Under the pieces are notes generated by a model. The model had not been told where the DNA came from. It saw only the letters and a list, made by a program, of their open reading frames with translations, and did no database searches. This document shows, piece by piece, positions 27,601 to 40,905 of a stretch of 64,000 nucleotides of DNA; position 1 is the stretch's first letter; the number at the start of each line of letters is the position of its first letter. The position numbers were made by a program, and so were the translations under genes. Source of the DNA: Chrysomallon squamiferum (lineage: Eukaryota; Animalia; Mollusca). Location of the stretch: positions 22,134,001-22,198,000 of the forward strand of contig CM022672.1 in assembly GCA_012295275.1 (NCBI GenBank), written 5' to 3'.

Positions 27601-30600
27601 ACAAACAAAGATCCAAAGAAAAAGACTTTAATAACGTCCAGAGAAAAACGTTTCAATGATACTAAATGTGCAATAACCTTCATTCATTAAACCAGTTGTT
27701 ATATATTACATTTTGTAGAATGTTGTGTAAAAGATATATAATCAAACAGTTCAGTCAATAACAGATATTTCATGAAAGTGTTTTTTTATTTTTTTTATTT
27801 TTTGGTTTTTCCTTTCTTTTTCGTTCAAATGTGCATTGCGACAATGCATTTTTCATACTAAATAATGATATATATGAAAAGAGTTTTATCATTGCCGACA
27901 TCATCGACGTCTTCGATTTCATCGCAGCCGCAAACAGCATCATTAACAACATCAGTAAAGGGTTTCTCTTTTTTTCGTTTGTTGGTTTTGTTATTGTTGT
28001 TGTTGCTGTTGGTGATGCTGTTGCTGTTGTTGATATTGTTGCTGTTGTTATGGCGGGGAGTTTTTGTCAGCAAAACTGTAGAAGAGTTTTCCAACTCTGG
28101 CGAGTTTGTTCAGATCATTACCATTATTGATTGCACATAATTACATCTTCAGCCTTGCTATCACTGGCAAAACCATCATCATCACCGTCATCAGCAGCAT
28201 CGTTATTAAAATAAAAACAGCAGGGTTACAGGACGTCATTCATGACATCACACTTTCGATGAAATAAACAAAAATATTATCAAACAGGTTTGTTATCCCT
28301 TAAATAGTCATCAAGATACACTATTAATTTACATGTATGGCATAATTCCACGTAATCTCACAGACTTGCATATACTAGAGGGTGTTACGTTTCCACTGAT
28401 CACTGATAATAAAATTACTGAAGCTGTGTACCTTTTGTGCAATACGCAAACCTTACATAGACGTTCGATGATGTTACATATTGTGTTAACATCACAGAAT
28501 TGGGAACCATTATATTTTTTGCATAACACGTGAGTTCAATGTACTCAGTGTCGATTGTTAACGGACGGTAAATAGCTGACTTTGTGGATTTTCACTTAGC
28601 TTAATTTCAAGGCAAAAATTCAATGAACACGAGGTAATTTCGTCCCGAAAGATAACGCGGAGAGACTGATTATGTTGTTGACTGTAAGTTTGTTAGTAAC
28701 TTACAGAAACGGCAGACTCGTGAGTCAGTGTTTGTTAGTATGTTAGTTAAATCAGACGTGACTGTGGTGTTAGTGTTTTAATAAATTAGAGAAACGTAAC
28801 GTCAAAAGTTGTATTTGTTGGTGTGTTAGTCAACCAGAGAAAAAATAATAATAAGTATTGTTGTTGTAGTAGTAGTAGTAGTAGTAGCAGCAGTAAATTT
28901 GATAAATAATTTAAAGAAAAAAAGTTTATAAATAGTCACTTTAATTCATTTCCAAAAGATAAAGAAAGTCATACTTTTAATATCATATAATATGTTTATT
29001 AATATATATATATAAAAATTAACAAAGTGAAAGATATCTCTCGATATTTTTATAAATTTGAAAAATAAAATAAAATGTTCAGTTTAAAGAAATACCAGAA
29101 TAACATATAAAGAAGGATTTAAAAAAGAAAAGAAAAAAGAAAAGAAGATGATCCTCACAAACAACATCGGTATTCATTTTTAAACATAGCGAGACGAAAA
29201 TAAATTTCTAAAGAATCAATTACCGAACACGAAAATAAACGTAAATGAAGCGATACTACTGTCCATCACACTTACTGACTAGAATGTGAAAGTGTTGACT
29301 CGCACAAATTGCTATCAGAGGCTATCAAGGTGCTAGTTATCTACTGCAGCCCATTTTCACAGAGAACTCACGTAATAAACTTCTCAGTAACAGTTAATAA
29401 TGCGCTAACGGGTCTGGAAACTGAATTAGTGTCTCAAAATAATTTCGCTGCACCCGGAAGCGGAATAGAAAAGATAGTTTAAAAAAAAAAAAAAAAAAAA
29501 AAGAAGAAGTAGAAGAAGAAGAAGAAGCAAGACATGCTGAAGATGTCAACGTAGTTGTCTGTAAGAAAGTAATCGCCGAGTCGCGCACGTAATTGTCTAT
29601 AACAAGTAATCAGCGAAGATGTGCCAGTTCGAATTTAAGAGGTGTATATCTGATCGATAGTGAGACGCTGGCTCGTAATACAAGGACACGAAGCGGCTGA
29701 GCAATTCTTTTTTTTTCTGTTTCTTTTTTTTTTTTTTTTTTTCTCAGTTTATGACGTCAGTCAGGATCCCGCTCCAGAAATACAAACAAAAAGAATGTCT
29801 GGCTCACTCTCGACTTTGACGACGCCATGGTTAAGTCATTGGCCTTGATGTTACAAAAGGATTATCCTGAGAGTCATTGACGTTGGCGGTGATACGGAAT
29901 TCTCCAATTGTTTTATAGCTATTTGTTATTTTAAATGAATCAGTTAAATAAATAAACGTGAGTTTTAATGTAAGATGGAATGCTTGTTACGATAATATAA
30001 ATTGTCTGGTGTGGAACCGTCCTGGGTGTTGTGTTTGAGTCCTCATCTCGTGAATCACAAATCTCATTCTGCTGTTGGCTGCCAGTCAGAGTATAAAGTG
30101 TAAGATCATTTTGTTGTTATTGTTATCTGGCATAATCAATAATAGTAACATCAACATTTCAGTCCAAAATTGTCTGGCGTAATGACTTTCTGGACAAGTC
30201 ATTGGCCTTGGTTTTATGATGGTTAGACCAACGAATTGGTGATGTTTTATTTGATTTCGTGGTTTTTGATTAAACCACCGTACCTGCCACGTACATAAAA
30301 TGGTCTCTCTTGATATTTTTGTCGCTAACCAGAACACACTAGGAAGACATGAGATCATTACATCAATGTTTCTGTGTTTGACTTTTCCAGCGCTCACCAA
30401 ACTAGCTCTGTCTGTGACTGACAGGCTAAGTCTACTGATTACGTGTCCACGTCCCACACTGTTAACGTCTTCAACAACTAACAAAACCAAATCTGCCGCT
30501 CTGACAACGTTTATGATTTAAAAAGTGGAAGTGAAGTTCGCATTATTCTATCAGTTACCCAGACTAAAATTGCAGGACTCGTATTTCAGAAAATTACAGT

Positions 30601-31079
30601 TAACTAAAATAATGCTAACTGGAATGGAAAATTCCTGTTATTGACTTTGAACGAATTTTAGGGTTTAATCGGCGTTTTGCCAATGACAGGCACGTTTAAA
30701 TAAAATTCTGATAAAAATTCTCCATCTACTTATTAGTTACTAGTACAGACAATATTACACTACTAAATGGAAATAACTGGATCCTGTAATGAAAATTCTT
30801 ATTAGTATCTCTGCCTTTGGAAGAACAGCAGCGTATGTCTTCTAGTTTGCTTCGGACAGGCTTACATTAACTCTTTCGATGGAGACAGGAAAAACAAATT
30901 ACCCTATTATTATGTATTATAATACTACATGGAACATAGCAGAGACTTCTATAATCATTAGGTCTACATCACCACATGGACATAATAGGAACCTCTCTAA
31001 CAGTGATTCATAAGGTGGGACGTGAGGATTATATACAATCGCATTCATAGCTTTGAGTTTTTAAAACTGGGGCCTCAAT

Positions 31080-31870
31080 ATCATTACTTCTTTATTACAA
31101 CATTGACATAACGGGAATCTCTATATAAAGAGTTCTATATCATTAAAAGGACCTCTATATCATTATGTCTATATTATTACATGGACATAACTAGGACCTC
31201 TATATCATTATTTCTATATTATTACAAGAACACAACTAGGACGTCTGTGTCATTACAAGGACATGACTAGGACCTCTATTTCATTAGTTCTGTATGATTA
31301 CAAGGACATGACTAGAACCTCTATAATCATTAGTTCTGTATGATTACAAGGACATGACTAGGACCTCTATATCATTAGTTCTGTATCATTACATGGACAC
31401 AACTAGGACCTCTATATCATTAGTTCTGTACTATTACAAGGACACAAATGGGACCTCTATATCATTAGTTCTGTACTATTACAAGGACACAAATGGGACC
31501 TCTATATCATTAGTTCTGTATGATTAGAAGGACATGACTAGGACCTCTATTTCATTAGTTCTGTATCATTACATGGACACAACTAGGACCTCTATATCAT
31601 TAGTTCTGTACTATTACAAGGACACAAATGCGACCTCTGTATCATTAGTTATGTATGATTACAAGGACATGACTAGGATCTCTATATCATTAGTTCTGTA
31701 CTATTACAAAGACACAAATGGGACCTCTGTTTCATTAGTTCTGTATCATTACATGGACACAACTAGGACCTCTATATCATTAGTTCTGTGTCATTACATG
31801 AACACAACTAGGATATCTGTGTCATTAGTTCTGTGTCACTACACGGACAGAACCGGGACCTCTATATTAT
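31080..31870. repeat. Minisatellite, 45-bp unit, ~17 copies (decayed copies back to ~30890)
   Basis: Unit GGACCTCTATATCATTAGTTCTGTATCATTACATGGACACAACTA. It explains the 15-aa-repeat ORF 31534-31878. Confidence 0.95.
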
Positions 31871-33489
31871 TTAGTTAAATTATTGTTGCCAATTCTAAAT
31901 TGAATTATGTGCTATTGTAACCTTGCTCTGAGAATACTTCTTCATCATACATCGACTCTGTGTGAAAACGACTAATCTCCAGTGACGTGATGGAACGAGA
32001 AGCTCTACGTTTCACTCTACAGATGTTCTCAGCTTAAGTTAACACGAAGATTGTTAGTCCAGTGGGAACAATTTATACAAAATGTGCTGTATAACAGGCA
32101 GTCGCGTGCCAATAAGAAAAGGATCTATTATATAGACTTCATCAGCGAATTTTTGCGTTCTGATAGTAAAGATGAAGATGATTATAATTTATTTGGTTTT
32201 AGTTTTCAGTTTGTATCTATTTTTTGTTTTAAAAAATAAATGTCTAATGTGTTAATGAAAAAATAAAGATGGAAGTTGGTCGCATAAACAACAAGAATAT
32301 TATTTTTTTTAGTTAAGTTGATAATATTTGTCTTGTTTTGTGGTTTGTCTTCGATTTATTTAACTTTATTGTTGTTGCATTTTTTTCCATTAAAAAAAAA
32401 AACAAACAAAAAACAAACAAACAAAAAACAACAAGCAAGCAAAATGAAACAGAAAAAAAACCATGAAACAAACGATTGGCATTGTTAATAGAATAGTTTC
32501 GGACAATGTTGTTTTTTTTCGATATTTTTTAAAGGAACACGAAATAAAAAAATTACCTTAAATAAGAATTACTTCAGCTAGTTAGCAAACTCTGTCAGTG
32601 ATTTGTAGTGTTTTGGGAGGTTTTATTACATTAATTTAAAAACAAAAAATAGAGTAGTATCCTTAGATCTCGGTTTCTCTTTCAATTTTACCGAGATTGA
32701 AAAAGTTTTTTTTTTTTTCTTTCTGCGTGTTTGTGTAAAGATGTCAAATAAACTAAGGCAAATAGTTTGTTCCAAGGAAATTAACCTGCTGTTCTAACAA
32801 GACGAATGAGCAGGCTGGCACAAACCACTTTATCATAGACTGAAACGTGATAATACGACTGAAAGATGTTCAGTCAATATTAACATAAAAGCAAAGATAG
32901 ACAAAATGTGTTAATAGTGATGCATGTTGGCAAACAAACAACGATTTAAAATATTAAAAGATTCGGAATGAAATTTTGAAATGAGTCGGTCTGACTGTAG
33001 CAGTCTGCATGTGTCTGTGTGTCTGTGTGTGTATATCTATATGTAAATGTGCGTATTTATGTGAGTCACACACACACTGACACACAGACACACATATTCA
33101 CCTTTATGCCTGTATGTAAATGTGTATTTGCATTTATAAGCATATGCAGTTTATATATCTGAACGCTGAAATAGATTTTAAAAGTGCAGCTAGAAACTAA
33201 GATAAAAAAGAAAGCACAAAAATTAAACGAGAAACAACGTATATACAGTAAAAATTGTGGCTAGACCAAGGGGTTCTGACAGAACAGTGAAATATAAAAC
33301 TGGAGAATTGTTAATGCTGTTGTATATTAAACACTGTTGTTAGACATTTGATAGCTGGAGTCCACAGCTGTTGCGATGGGTACTTCATATTAACATAAAC
33401 TGACAATGCAAGGACATTTGTTGTATTTGTATACCTATAATTTAAACTCATTGTCATATACATGTTCAAAAAAATATTATAGTTTGTAT

Positions 33490-33597
<108 letters not shown>

Positions 33598-34656
33598 ATT
33601 GATTGATTAATGGACAGAGACAAAGGTTATTTATTAAATGTTTCTCTCTCGTTCTCTCTCTGTCTCTGTCTCTCCCTCTCTATATATATATCTCTGTGTG
33701 TGTGTGTATGTGTGAATATTGTTTACGCATGTACAGAAAAGTGTATGATATTTTAACATCTGATATAAAACTGCACATTAAATATTTTATATAGATTTTG
33801 TCAGCATATTTACGTCGTTAAACTGCAAAAAAAACCTTCATTATCCACACCAAAACTTTCTAATTTCAACAGAGTTCTTTGTTCTTCGTCTGCTTTTGTT
33901 TTCTCTTCTTTTTCCATACTGTTACCAAATACTTATAAGAAATAAAATAAAATACATGACACATTACGAATTAAGCATTGTTGAAAAATAAATAGAAATC
34001 TTTCAGTAATTACCTTCTCTTTTCGATAAAGATGTCTCTGTTTTCTAAGTGTTGCGAACAAGCACATACATCCTTTGAAGAAGAAAAAAAACAACCTACT
34101 ACATCTTTATGTTAAATATTAACTTGGAATGACAGTTTATTTTTACAGAGGTTAGAAAAAAAGATAAATAAATAAACTGTTACCCACACGACATCATTTT
34201 GTGACAATAGTGGTTGATTTTTATCATTAGTTGTATTGACAAACTTGGCAAAGGAAACTATATAATTTAGGCGATTTGGGAGTCAAGCGAAATGTGGTGT
34301 GTTTCGTGGGTGCCACGTCTTCTCTGCTTTCTGGTACTGCGCCAGTTTTGGTTGGTTACTAGGATAAACAGTTATTACAAGACAAAATCAATATTCCACA
34401 TTTCCGTTCTGAAACCCTGAGAAGATCAGATTCAAGATATTTTAATAAGTCTTCAGAAATACTAGTTGTCCGTGGATCGATCCTTTTCGGTTCATCCGTC
34501 GAGATATTTCTTAAATACAGCCGTCACTGGCCTGTCACTGGTCGTGAGGTACGTGATTTTCTTGTATATGGGAAGGTTGCATGTAAGATATTCATTACTG
34601 CTAATCCATAGCAATTGCCAGTGGTGTAGGAATTTGCTGCCTTTTGTCATCATTAT

Positions 34657-34715
<59 letters not shown>

Positions 34716-36068
34716 CAACAACAACAATAACATATAAAATAAATTTTAAAACAATATATTAATGGTGTCAAATATTAAGAATATTCATTGATATATATAT
34801 ATTTTTTAATCTTTTTATTTTTTTATTTTGCTTTTATCTGAATATTGAGTTTACATTTTCAAACTTTATCATTTAGTTTAATGTTTTACTGTTCGTCATG
34901 TGTCTAGATAGACAAGTTAATTTTTCACATAGGTAATAAAACTATTTTTCTACTACGCAGCATAAACAAACGACCGAAAGCAAATGTGTTTCAGTTAGCA
35001 ATGTGCCAAGTTCTGCGCGCAGTAGTCAGTGACTGTGAACATTATGGCGGTTCTAAATCGTTTAAAAGTTAGTTTACAGCAGATAGAGAACAGCTTAATA
35101 CTTCACATATCCGGTCTTTGTTTTATGTGTGGCGTGACAAAATACACTGCGACGTGGTAATTTGTTCACAGGACACACGTATTCAGGCATAACGACTTTT
35201 TCTTTTCTCACGTTTATATATAGTAGATTCCTATGAAGAAAAAAAAAATACGTTACACTTTTGGATACCAACACGTATCCAGGCATACCTAGTATCCACA
35301 CGTATTAAATCGACCTCAACGAATTGGTTATTTATTATAATTAGCTAAAAATACAAAAATAAAAATCGTTAAAATCTGGACGCTGTCTAATTACACAACG
35401 TCTGTATAACTTCCCTTATGATAAATTAGCTACAACTGTATTTGCTAGATGTATTTAATTCCTAAATTTGATCTCGTAACACATTCTGAAACATTGCTCC
35501 GTAGATATTTTGATAATTAACCATTTAAATGCTTGACAAAAGCTATGTTTTAAATTCAAACTGGCTTGTGTTATTTTCTGCATGTTTTCGTCATGGGCAA
35601 AAGCATCCTTTCGCTCGAGAAATTCTGATCAAAGCTGAAACATTATTTTACTCGACTAAAACGAACAGGTAATTTATTCAACATCATTTATCTTACAACT
35701 ACACGAAAATAAAGCACGGAAACAATTACATTCGAACACTACCGCTATTTTCACACTTCATTACACAGCATGACTATTAAATATGTCACTTCATTTAGTC
35801 GAACATAATAGTTTAATATTGTTTGTTTGTAACGAACAACCGTGTTTATTAGTGTATAACGTAACTGCATTTTTAGTCGTTTCTCAACCATACGGCTAAT
35901 TACGTTACCACGGTGACATGATACGTCAGTGCTAGACAGCTGTATGGATCTGGACGTATCTGCTACACGCTGCACCCTTTCAACGCTGTTTCAGTTTGCT
36001 TGGATACGATACAGACTGGATACGACATAATCAGACGAAGCTGATATCCGCGCAGACATTACCTAAAG

Positions 36069-36511
36069 CAGATCTGGACATTTTACGGCCCCCGGGCCAC
36101 ATATGACCCTTTGGTTGTCACTGACCGGCCAGTGTAAGGTTAATTGGGAATTATAAAATAAACATATTTTCTAATTTCACCTCATGCATGGACTAAAGCT
36201 GCATTGCTTTTATTTTAAAGGTGTTTGTTTTTTTATTCACGCACAAAATGATTCAATACGTAAATCAAGACGTGCGCATGATTGAATCGTTGTAGCAAGC
36301 AGGTCGCAACCTCACTTTTTCATTGTTTGATCATAACATAAACTCTTACCAGTCGTACCAGCTTGTCAAAACAATGCTGTTTACTGTTTTTTTTTATAAA
36401 GAAATACAATTAATATTACGCAGAATTGAGTTAAGGCTTTTGGCCCGGCCCTTCACAATATTTTCTGTTTCTCATGTGGCCCCATGGAAAAAATAACTGT
36501 CCCACCCCCTG
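36069..36511. mobile_element. Non-autonomous hAT (Charlie-like) DNA transposon/MITE, 443 bp
   Basis: The left end is CAGATCTGGACATTTTACGGCCCCCGGGCCACAT. The reverse complement of the right end is CAGGGGGTGGGACAGTTATTTTTTCCATGGGGCCACAT. These are imperfect CAG-starting TIRs with GGCCC/GGGCC subterminal motifs. Flanks ACCTAAAG (36061-36068) and ACCTAGAG (36512-36519) form an 8-bp TSD (7/8 identical) of the CTARA type typical of hAT-Charlie. Confidence 0.85.
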
Positions 36512-36579
36512 ACCTAGAGAGTTCAAATGTCTTTACCTGCATGCATGTTAATTTCATTCTTTTTCTAACACTTTGAAAT

Positions 36580-37335
36580 GAAACTTTTCATTACCTATGC
36601 ATGTATTAATACGAAAACTTTCATTATCTGTGTCCTTATTAATACATGAACATCCATTGCCTGTTTTTGTATTAACACGAACCTTTTCAATACTTGAATA
36701 CGTTTTAATTCGAAACTTTTCAATGTGTACGTATTAATTCGAAACTTCTTGCTGAATGTGTTGCCTTTTAATATTCACCCTTCCATTCCGCCTTCATTAT
36801 CTATGTGCATATTAATATTGTGTATGTATCAAGACGAACCTTTTTAAATTGTTTATGAAAGTATTAATATGAAACCTTTCATCGTCTGTGTATGTATTAA
36901 TTCGAAACCTTTCCACAATTGTTTATGTATAAAGAAACCTTTCGTGGCCTGTCTGAATATAAATACGAAACACTTCATTACCTGTGCATATTAATTCTGA
37001 ACCTTCTATTACTCAAGTGCGTATTATTATTTAAACTTTTCATCGCCTGTGTGTGTATTAGTATGAAAACCTACGATTACGTATATATAATTATGAAAAC
37101 CTTCCATTACTTGAGTGTATTAATATGGAAACCTACTATTTCTTGTGTGTATTAATATGAAAACCTACTATTTCTTGAGCGTATTAATATGAAAACCTAC
37201 TATTTCTCGTGCGCATTAATATCGAAACCTTGCCATCACTTGTATGTATTAATACGGGAACCTTCCATTACTTGTGTGTATTAATATGGAAACCTGTTAT
37301 TTGCTGTGTGCGCGTTAATAAGGAGCCTTTCATGT
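36580..37335. repeat. Degenerate minisatellite, ~32-35-bp unit, about 20 copies
   Basis: Recurrent GTATTAATATGAAAACCTTYCATTACYTGTGT. It begins ~70 bp right of the hAT MITE. Confidence 0.85.
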
Positions 37336-38701
37336 CAAGCTAACGCGGACAGCCAAGTCTGAAACTCATTACTGCAAACAAATCAACATAAAAGAGAATC
37401 CAGATACATGATTTGCGTTTACGTCTCGCTAATATCTTTCCTCCGAGGAAGAGCGAGGTAACACATTATCGGAGCGCGCGCCTCGGGGCTCGTGGGTCAC
37501 AACATCGATTCCGACCACGTGATTCGTTCGGTTACATCCGCGTTCTCTTGTTGTTGTTGTTGTTGTTGGTATTTAAAACAAAACTAAAAATTGCGTACTA
37601 GGAAAGTGCATGTAAAGTACATCGTTCCAGTCTCGTCCATGTCTTGGAAGCTAATTAATTATACCCAGCGTGGTTTTATATGAATTATTTGTGTAAAGAT
37701 GAATATTATACTCTTTCTTTTTAAAAATTCATTCTGATTCTTTTAACAGACAACATTCAGGTTTTAAAGAGAACAACATAAAACTGCTATCATTTCAAGA
37801 TCTTAGGCTCTCACTGGACACTTCAAACACGAAACCTCACAATTATTAGCGTATTTTCCCAACACACTCACTCCGTCGTCAGAACCATTCTTTCCCCGTT
37901 CCCGATACCACATTTCCACGAGCTAGAATCGAAACCCGGCTACTACCACCACCAGCAGCACCACCTACCCGTGGACTTTGTCATTAATTCTTCCCGTCCT
38001 CTAATCATCGACGTTTCGAAGAAGAAAACTCTGAATTGTGAAGCACTGAGTTGAGTTCATCAGCGGCAGTGAGATTGGCAGCCCGGCCTGGCGCTCGGGT
38101 TGAGGCAGCTAATGTGTGCTGATCACCAGTATTAACGTGGCCATTGTTCGGCGGTTGCCTTCGTCGCGTATTAAAGTAAATCACGCTGGAAATAGCTCTG
38201 TCAGGACAAACCAGTGGCGATTTTTTTTCAGTTGTTGTTGTTGTTCTCCCTGGTGTTTGCACATGATGTTCCAACTCACCACATAAAAGAGGATTTTTTT
38301 TATATTTTTTTTTTTTTTTTGTGGGTTTTTGATGGGTTTTTTTTTTTTTTCTAATGTTGTGTATTATGATAGATATTTTGTTTCTGAGTTTTCTTGTTGT
38401 TGTTGTTGTTGTTGTTATTTTGTTTTTTATAATTTATTTATGTTTCTTTTATTATTTATTTTTTAATTTCATTTTCTTCCTGGCTTTTCATTTATTAATA
38501 ATGCATTTATGTTTGTTTATTCATTTAATTTTTGCTTTATTTATTTAAAAAATTTGTTGTTGTTTTTGTTGTTGTTTTATATATATATATTACTTATGTT
38601 TGGTTTTATGATTTATTTTTAAATTCAGTTTGTTACTGGATTGATTTACTTAATTATTTCTTTCTTTATTTATTCAGTTAATTAGTTAGTTAGTTAGTTA
38701 G

Positions 38702-38724
38702 TTATTATTATTATTATTATTATG

Positions 38725-38790
<66 letters not shown>

Positions 38791-38820
38791 GTTATTACTG
38801 TTGTTGTTGTTGTTATTACT
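38702..38820. repeat. (ATT)n/(GTT)n microsatellite
   Basis: Near-perfect trinucleotide run. Confidence 0.9.
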
Positions 38821-40077
38821 CATTTATTTATTCTTTCATATATCTGTCTTTTTCAATTTTCCTGAGGAACATTGTTTTCAGTTTTCTTTTTAAATTTTTC
38901 TTTTATATTTAGTCTTTTTTAGTAATTATGTTTAGCATTAAATGAAAGTAACGAACCCTTCGGCCCCCCCCCCACCAAAAAAAGAAAAACCAAACTGATC
39001 AAGTTTCTAGAAGATTTAATTATAACTTTTGTTTCCCAGTAAGTGAACTATTATAATTATTTCATTTGATTCACTATGATAATCGACTTGATCGTTTATA
39101 TCACCATTACCTTCTGTAAAATTTTTTTGTTTTCAATGTCTGGTTTCAAATGAATCTGAACGTGAAGAGATATTCTCAAAATACACATCTGATCCCGTAC
39201 AATTCAATATTGTAGTTGAAAACAGCTGAAATTGCCTACCTATTCAACCTATAATACGATATTCATGGGTACATAACTCTGTTAGTATAATATTCAAAAA
39301 AATGTAAATTATCACACGAACTCACAAAACACGCGTGTATTAGTTTACATATATACATATTGATTTATACCAAACTGTAATTTGTGCGCATGTATTATGT
39401 TACAGCATGCAAATAATACGAATCTATATTAGCCTAAATTTGCATTTTCATATATACCAAAATATAGTTTGTAAGCTTTTATTTTAATTTTTCCATTATA
39501 CAGTGTTGTATATGTTTGTGAGTGTGTGTGTGCGTGTGTGCGTACGCGCGCGTGCATCTATGTGTGTTCGAGCGTATCTGCGTTAGGTATGATGTATCCC
39601 GCAGTGTTAATACCTTTGCACTTACGTATTATTATTTTAAGCATGACCTTAAAAAAAAACAAATTCTGAAATGATTACGAACCATTAGTTTCTGGTCAAA
39701 CATCACGCATCATACACACAAACATAATACATACATACATACATACATACATACATACATACATACATACATACATACATACATACATACATACATACAT
39801 ACATACATACAAAATACACACACACACACATACATACAAAATACATACATACATACACACATATAAACTGTTTGTCAAAATAAAGGTATACTGTTCATGT
39901 GGCCACGTTATTTAGCGCTGAATTCTAGCAGCACACACAACAGCTGTGACATATTGACACCAGCAAGATGCGAATGTTCAAAGTGTCACCTTGTGATGTG
40001 TTTATAGCCAGAACGAGTTCAGTGATTTCACAACGGTCACGCAGTCCTCGGTACCATCTTGTTCATCTACCAGATAC

Positions 40078-40495
40078 ACATCTGAAACGTACCTGAATAA
40101 ACTCTGAATAAACCTGAATAAAATCTGAAACATACCTGAATAAACTCTAAAACTTAGCTGAATAAACTCTGAAACGCACCTGAATAAACTCTGAAACGCA
40201 CCTGAATAAACTCTGAAACGTACCTGAATAAACTCTGAAATGTACCTGAATAAACTCTGAAACGCACCTGAATAAACTCTGAAATGTACCTGAATAAACT
40301 CTGAAATGTACCTGAATGAGCTCTGAAATGTACCTGAATAAACTCTGAAACGCACCTGAATAAACTCTGAAACGTATCTGAATAAACTCTGAAACGCACC
40401 TGAATAAACTCTGAAATGTACCTGAATGAACTCTGAAATGTACCAGATAAACCCTGTAATGTACCAGATGAAACTGAAATTAAAATCTGAAATAT
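40078..40495. repeat. Minisatellite, 22-bp unit (2 x 11-bp subunits), decaying to ~40707
   Basis: CTGAAAYGYACCTGAATAAACT repeated ~18 times. It explains ORFs 40002-40355 and 40154-40501. Confidence 0.95.
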
Positions 40496-40718
40496 ACTCA
40501 ATTAAGATTTGATTCGTACCAGTCTAGACTCTGAATTATCAGATTAAAATCTGAAATGTTCCCTGTTATTATTTAATACCTACCAGTCTAAATTTTGAAA
40601 CGTATCAGACGAAAATCTAAAATGATCCAAATTAAACATATCAGATTAAATTATGAAATATACGATATTAAACTATTAATTGATTCAGACTACACTCTGA
40701 AATGTATCATTAATCATA

Positions 40719-40813
40719 TAATCCACGGATAATCATCACAGATATTTAGATATATATACATACATACATGAGAAGAAAAAAACCCACCGGTAGCTCCGTC
40801 TTTAATCAATCTC

Positions 40814-40845
<32 letters not shown>

Positions 40846-40905
40846 TTAAATAATAAATAAACAAAACAAATAACAAAACAAAAAACTTGGTGCCAGAGCT
40901 AAAAA
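40719..40905 (+). repeat. Dispersed direct duplicate (copy 1) of 45687-45890
   Basis: Shared blocks TAATCCACGGATAATCATCACAGATATTTAGATATATA, CACCGGTAGCTCCGTCTTTA and TAAATAATAAATAAACAAAACAAATAACAAAACAAAA...ACTTGGYGCCAGAGCTAAAAA. Offset 4968 bp. Confidence 0.95.

Noticed and set aside
31534-31878. ORF with 15-aa repeats (TSISLVLYHYMDTTR)
   Set aside because: It is a by-product of a 45-bp (multiple of 3) minisatellite. Neighbouring units carry an in-frame stop and indels, and there are no splice or promoter signals.
34015-34073. Possible 59-nt minus-strand second exon (TTCTTCAAAG|...AAG|GTAATT); also a 19-nt candidate near 20531-20549
   Set aside because: Splice-like signals are frequent by chance in AT-rich DNA. 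The translations are not protein-like, and the 19-nt one has an in-frame stop.
38005-38070. Hammerhead ribozyme on the minus strand (CUGAUGA...CGAAACGUC); similar cores at ~55603 (CUGACGAAAUGAAA) and ~16073 (CUGACGAGACUCGAAC) on plus
   Set aside because: Stem I cannot form, and stem II or the GAAA box is not correctly placed in any of the three.
40002-40501. Repetitive minus-strand ORFs (RFRVYSGTFQSLFRYISEFIQV)
   Set aside because: Translation of the 22-bp minisatellite in rotating frames.
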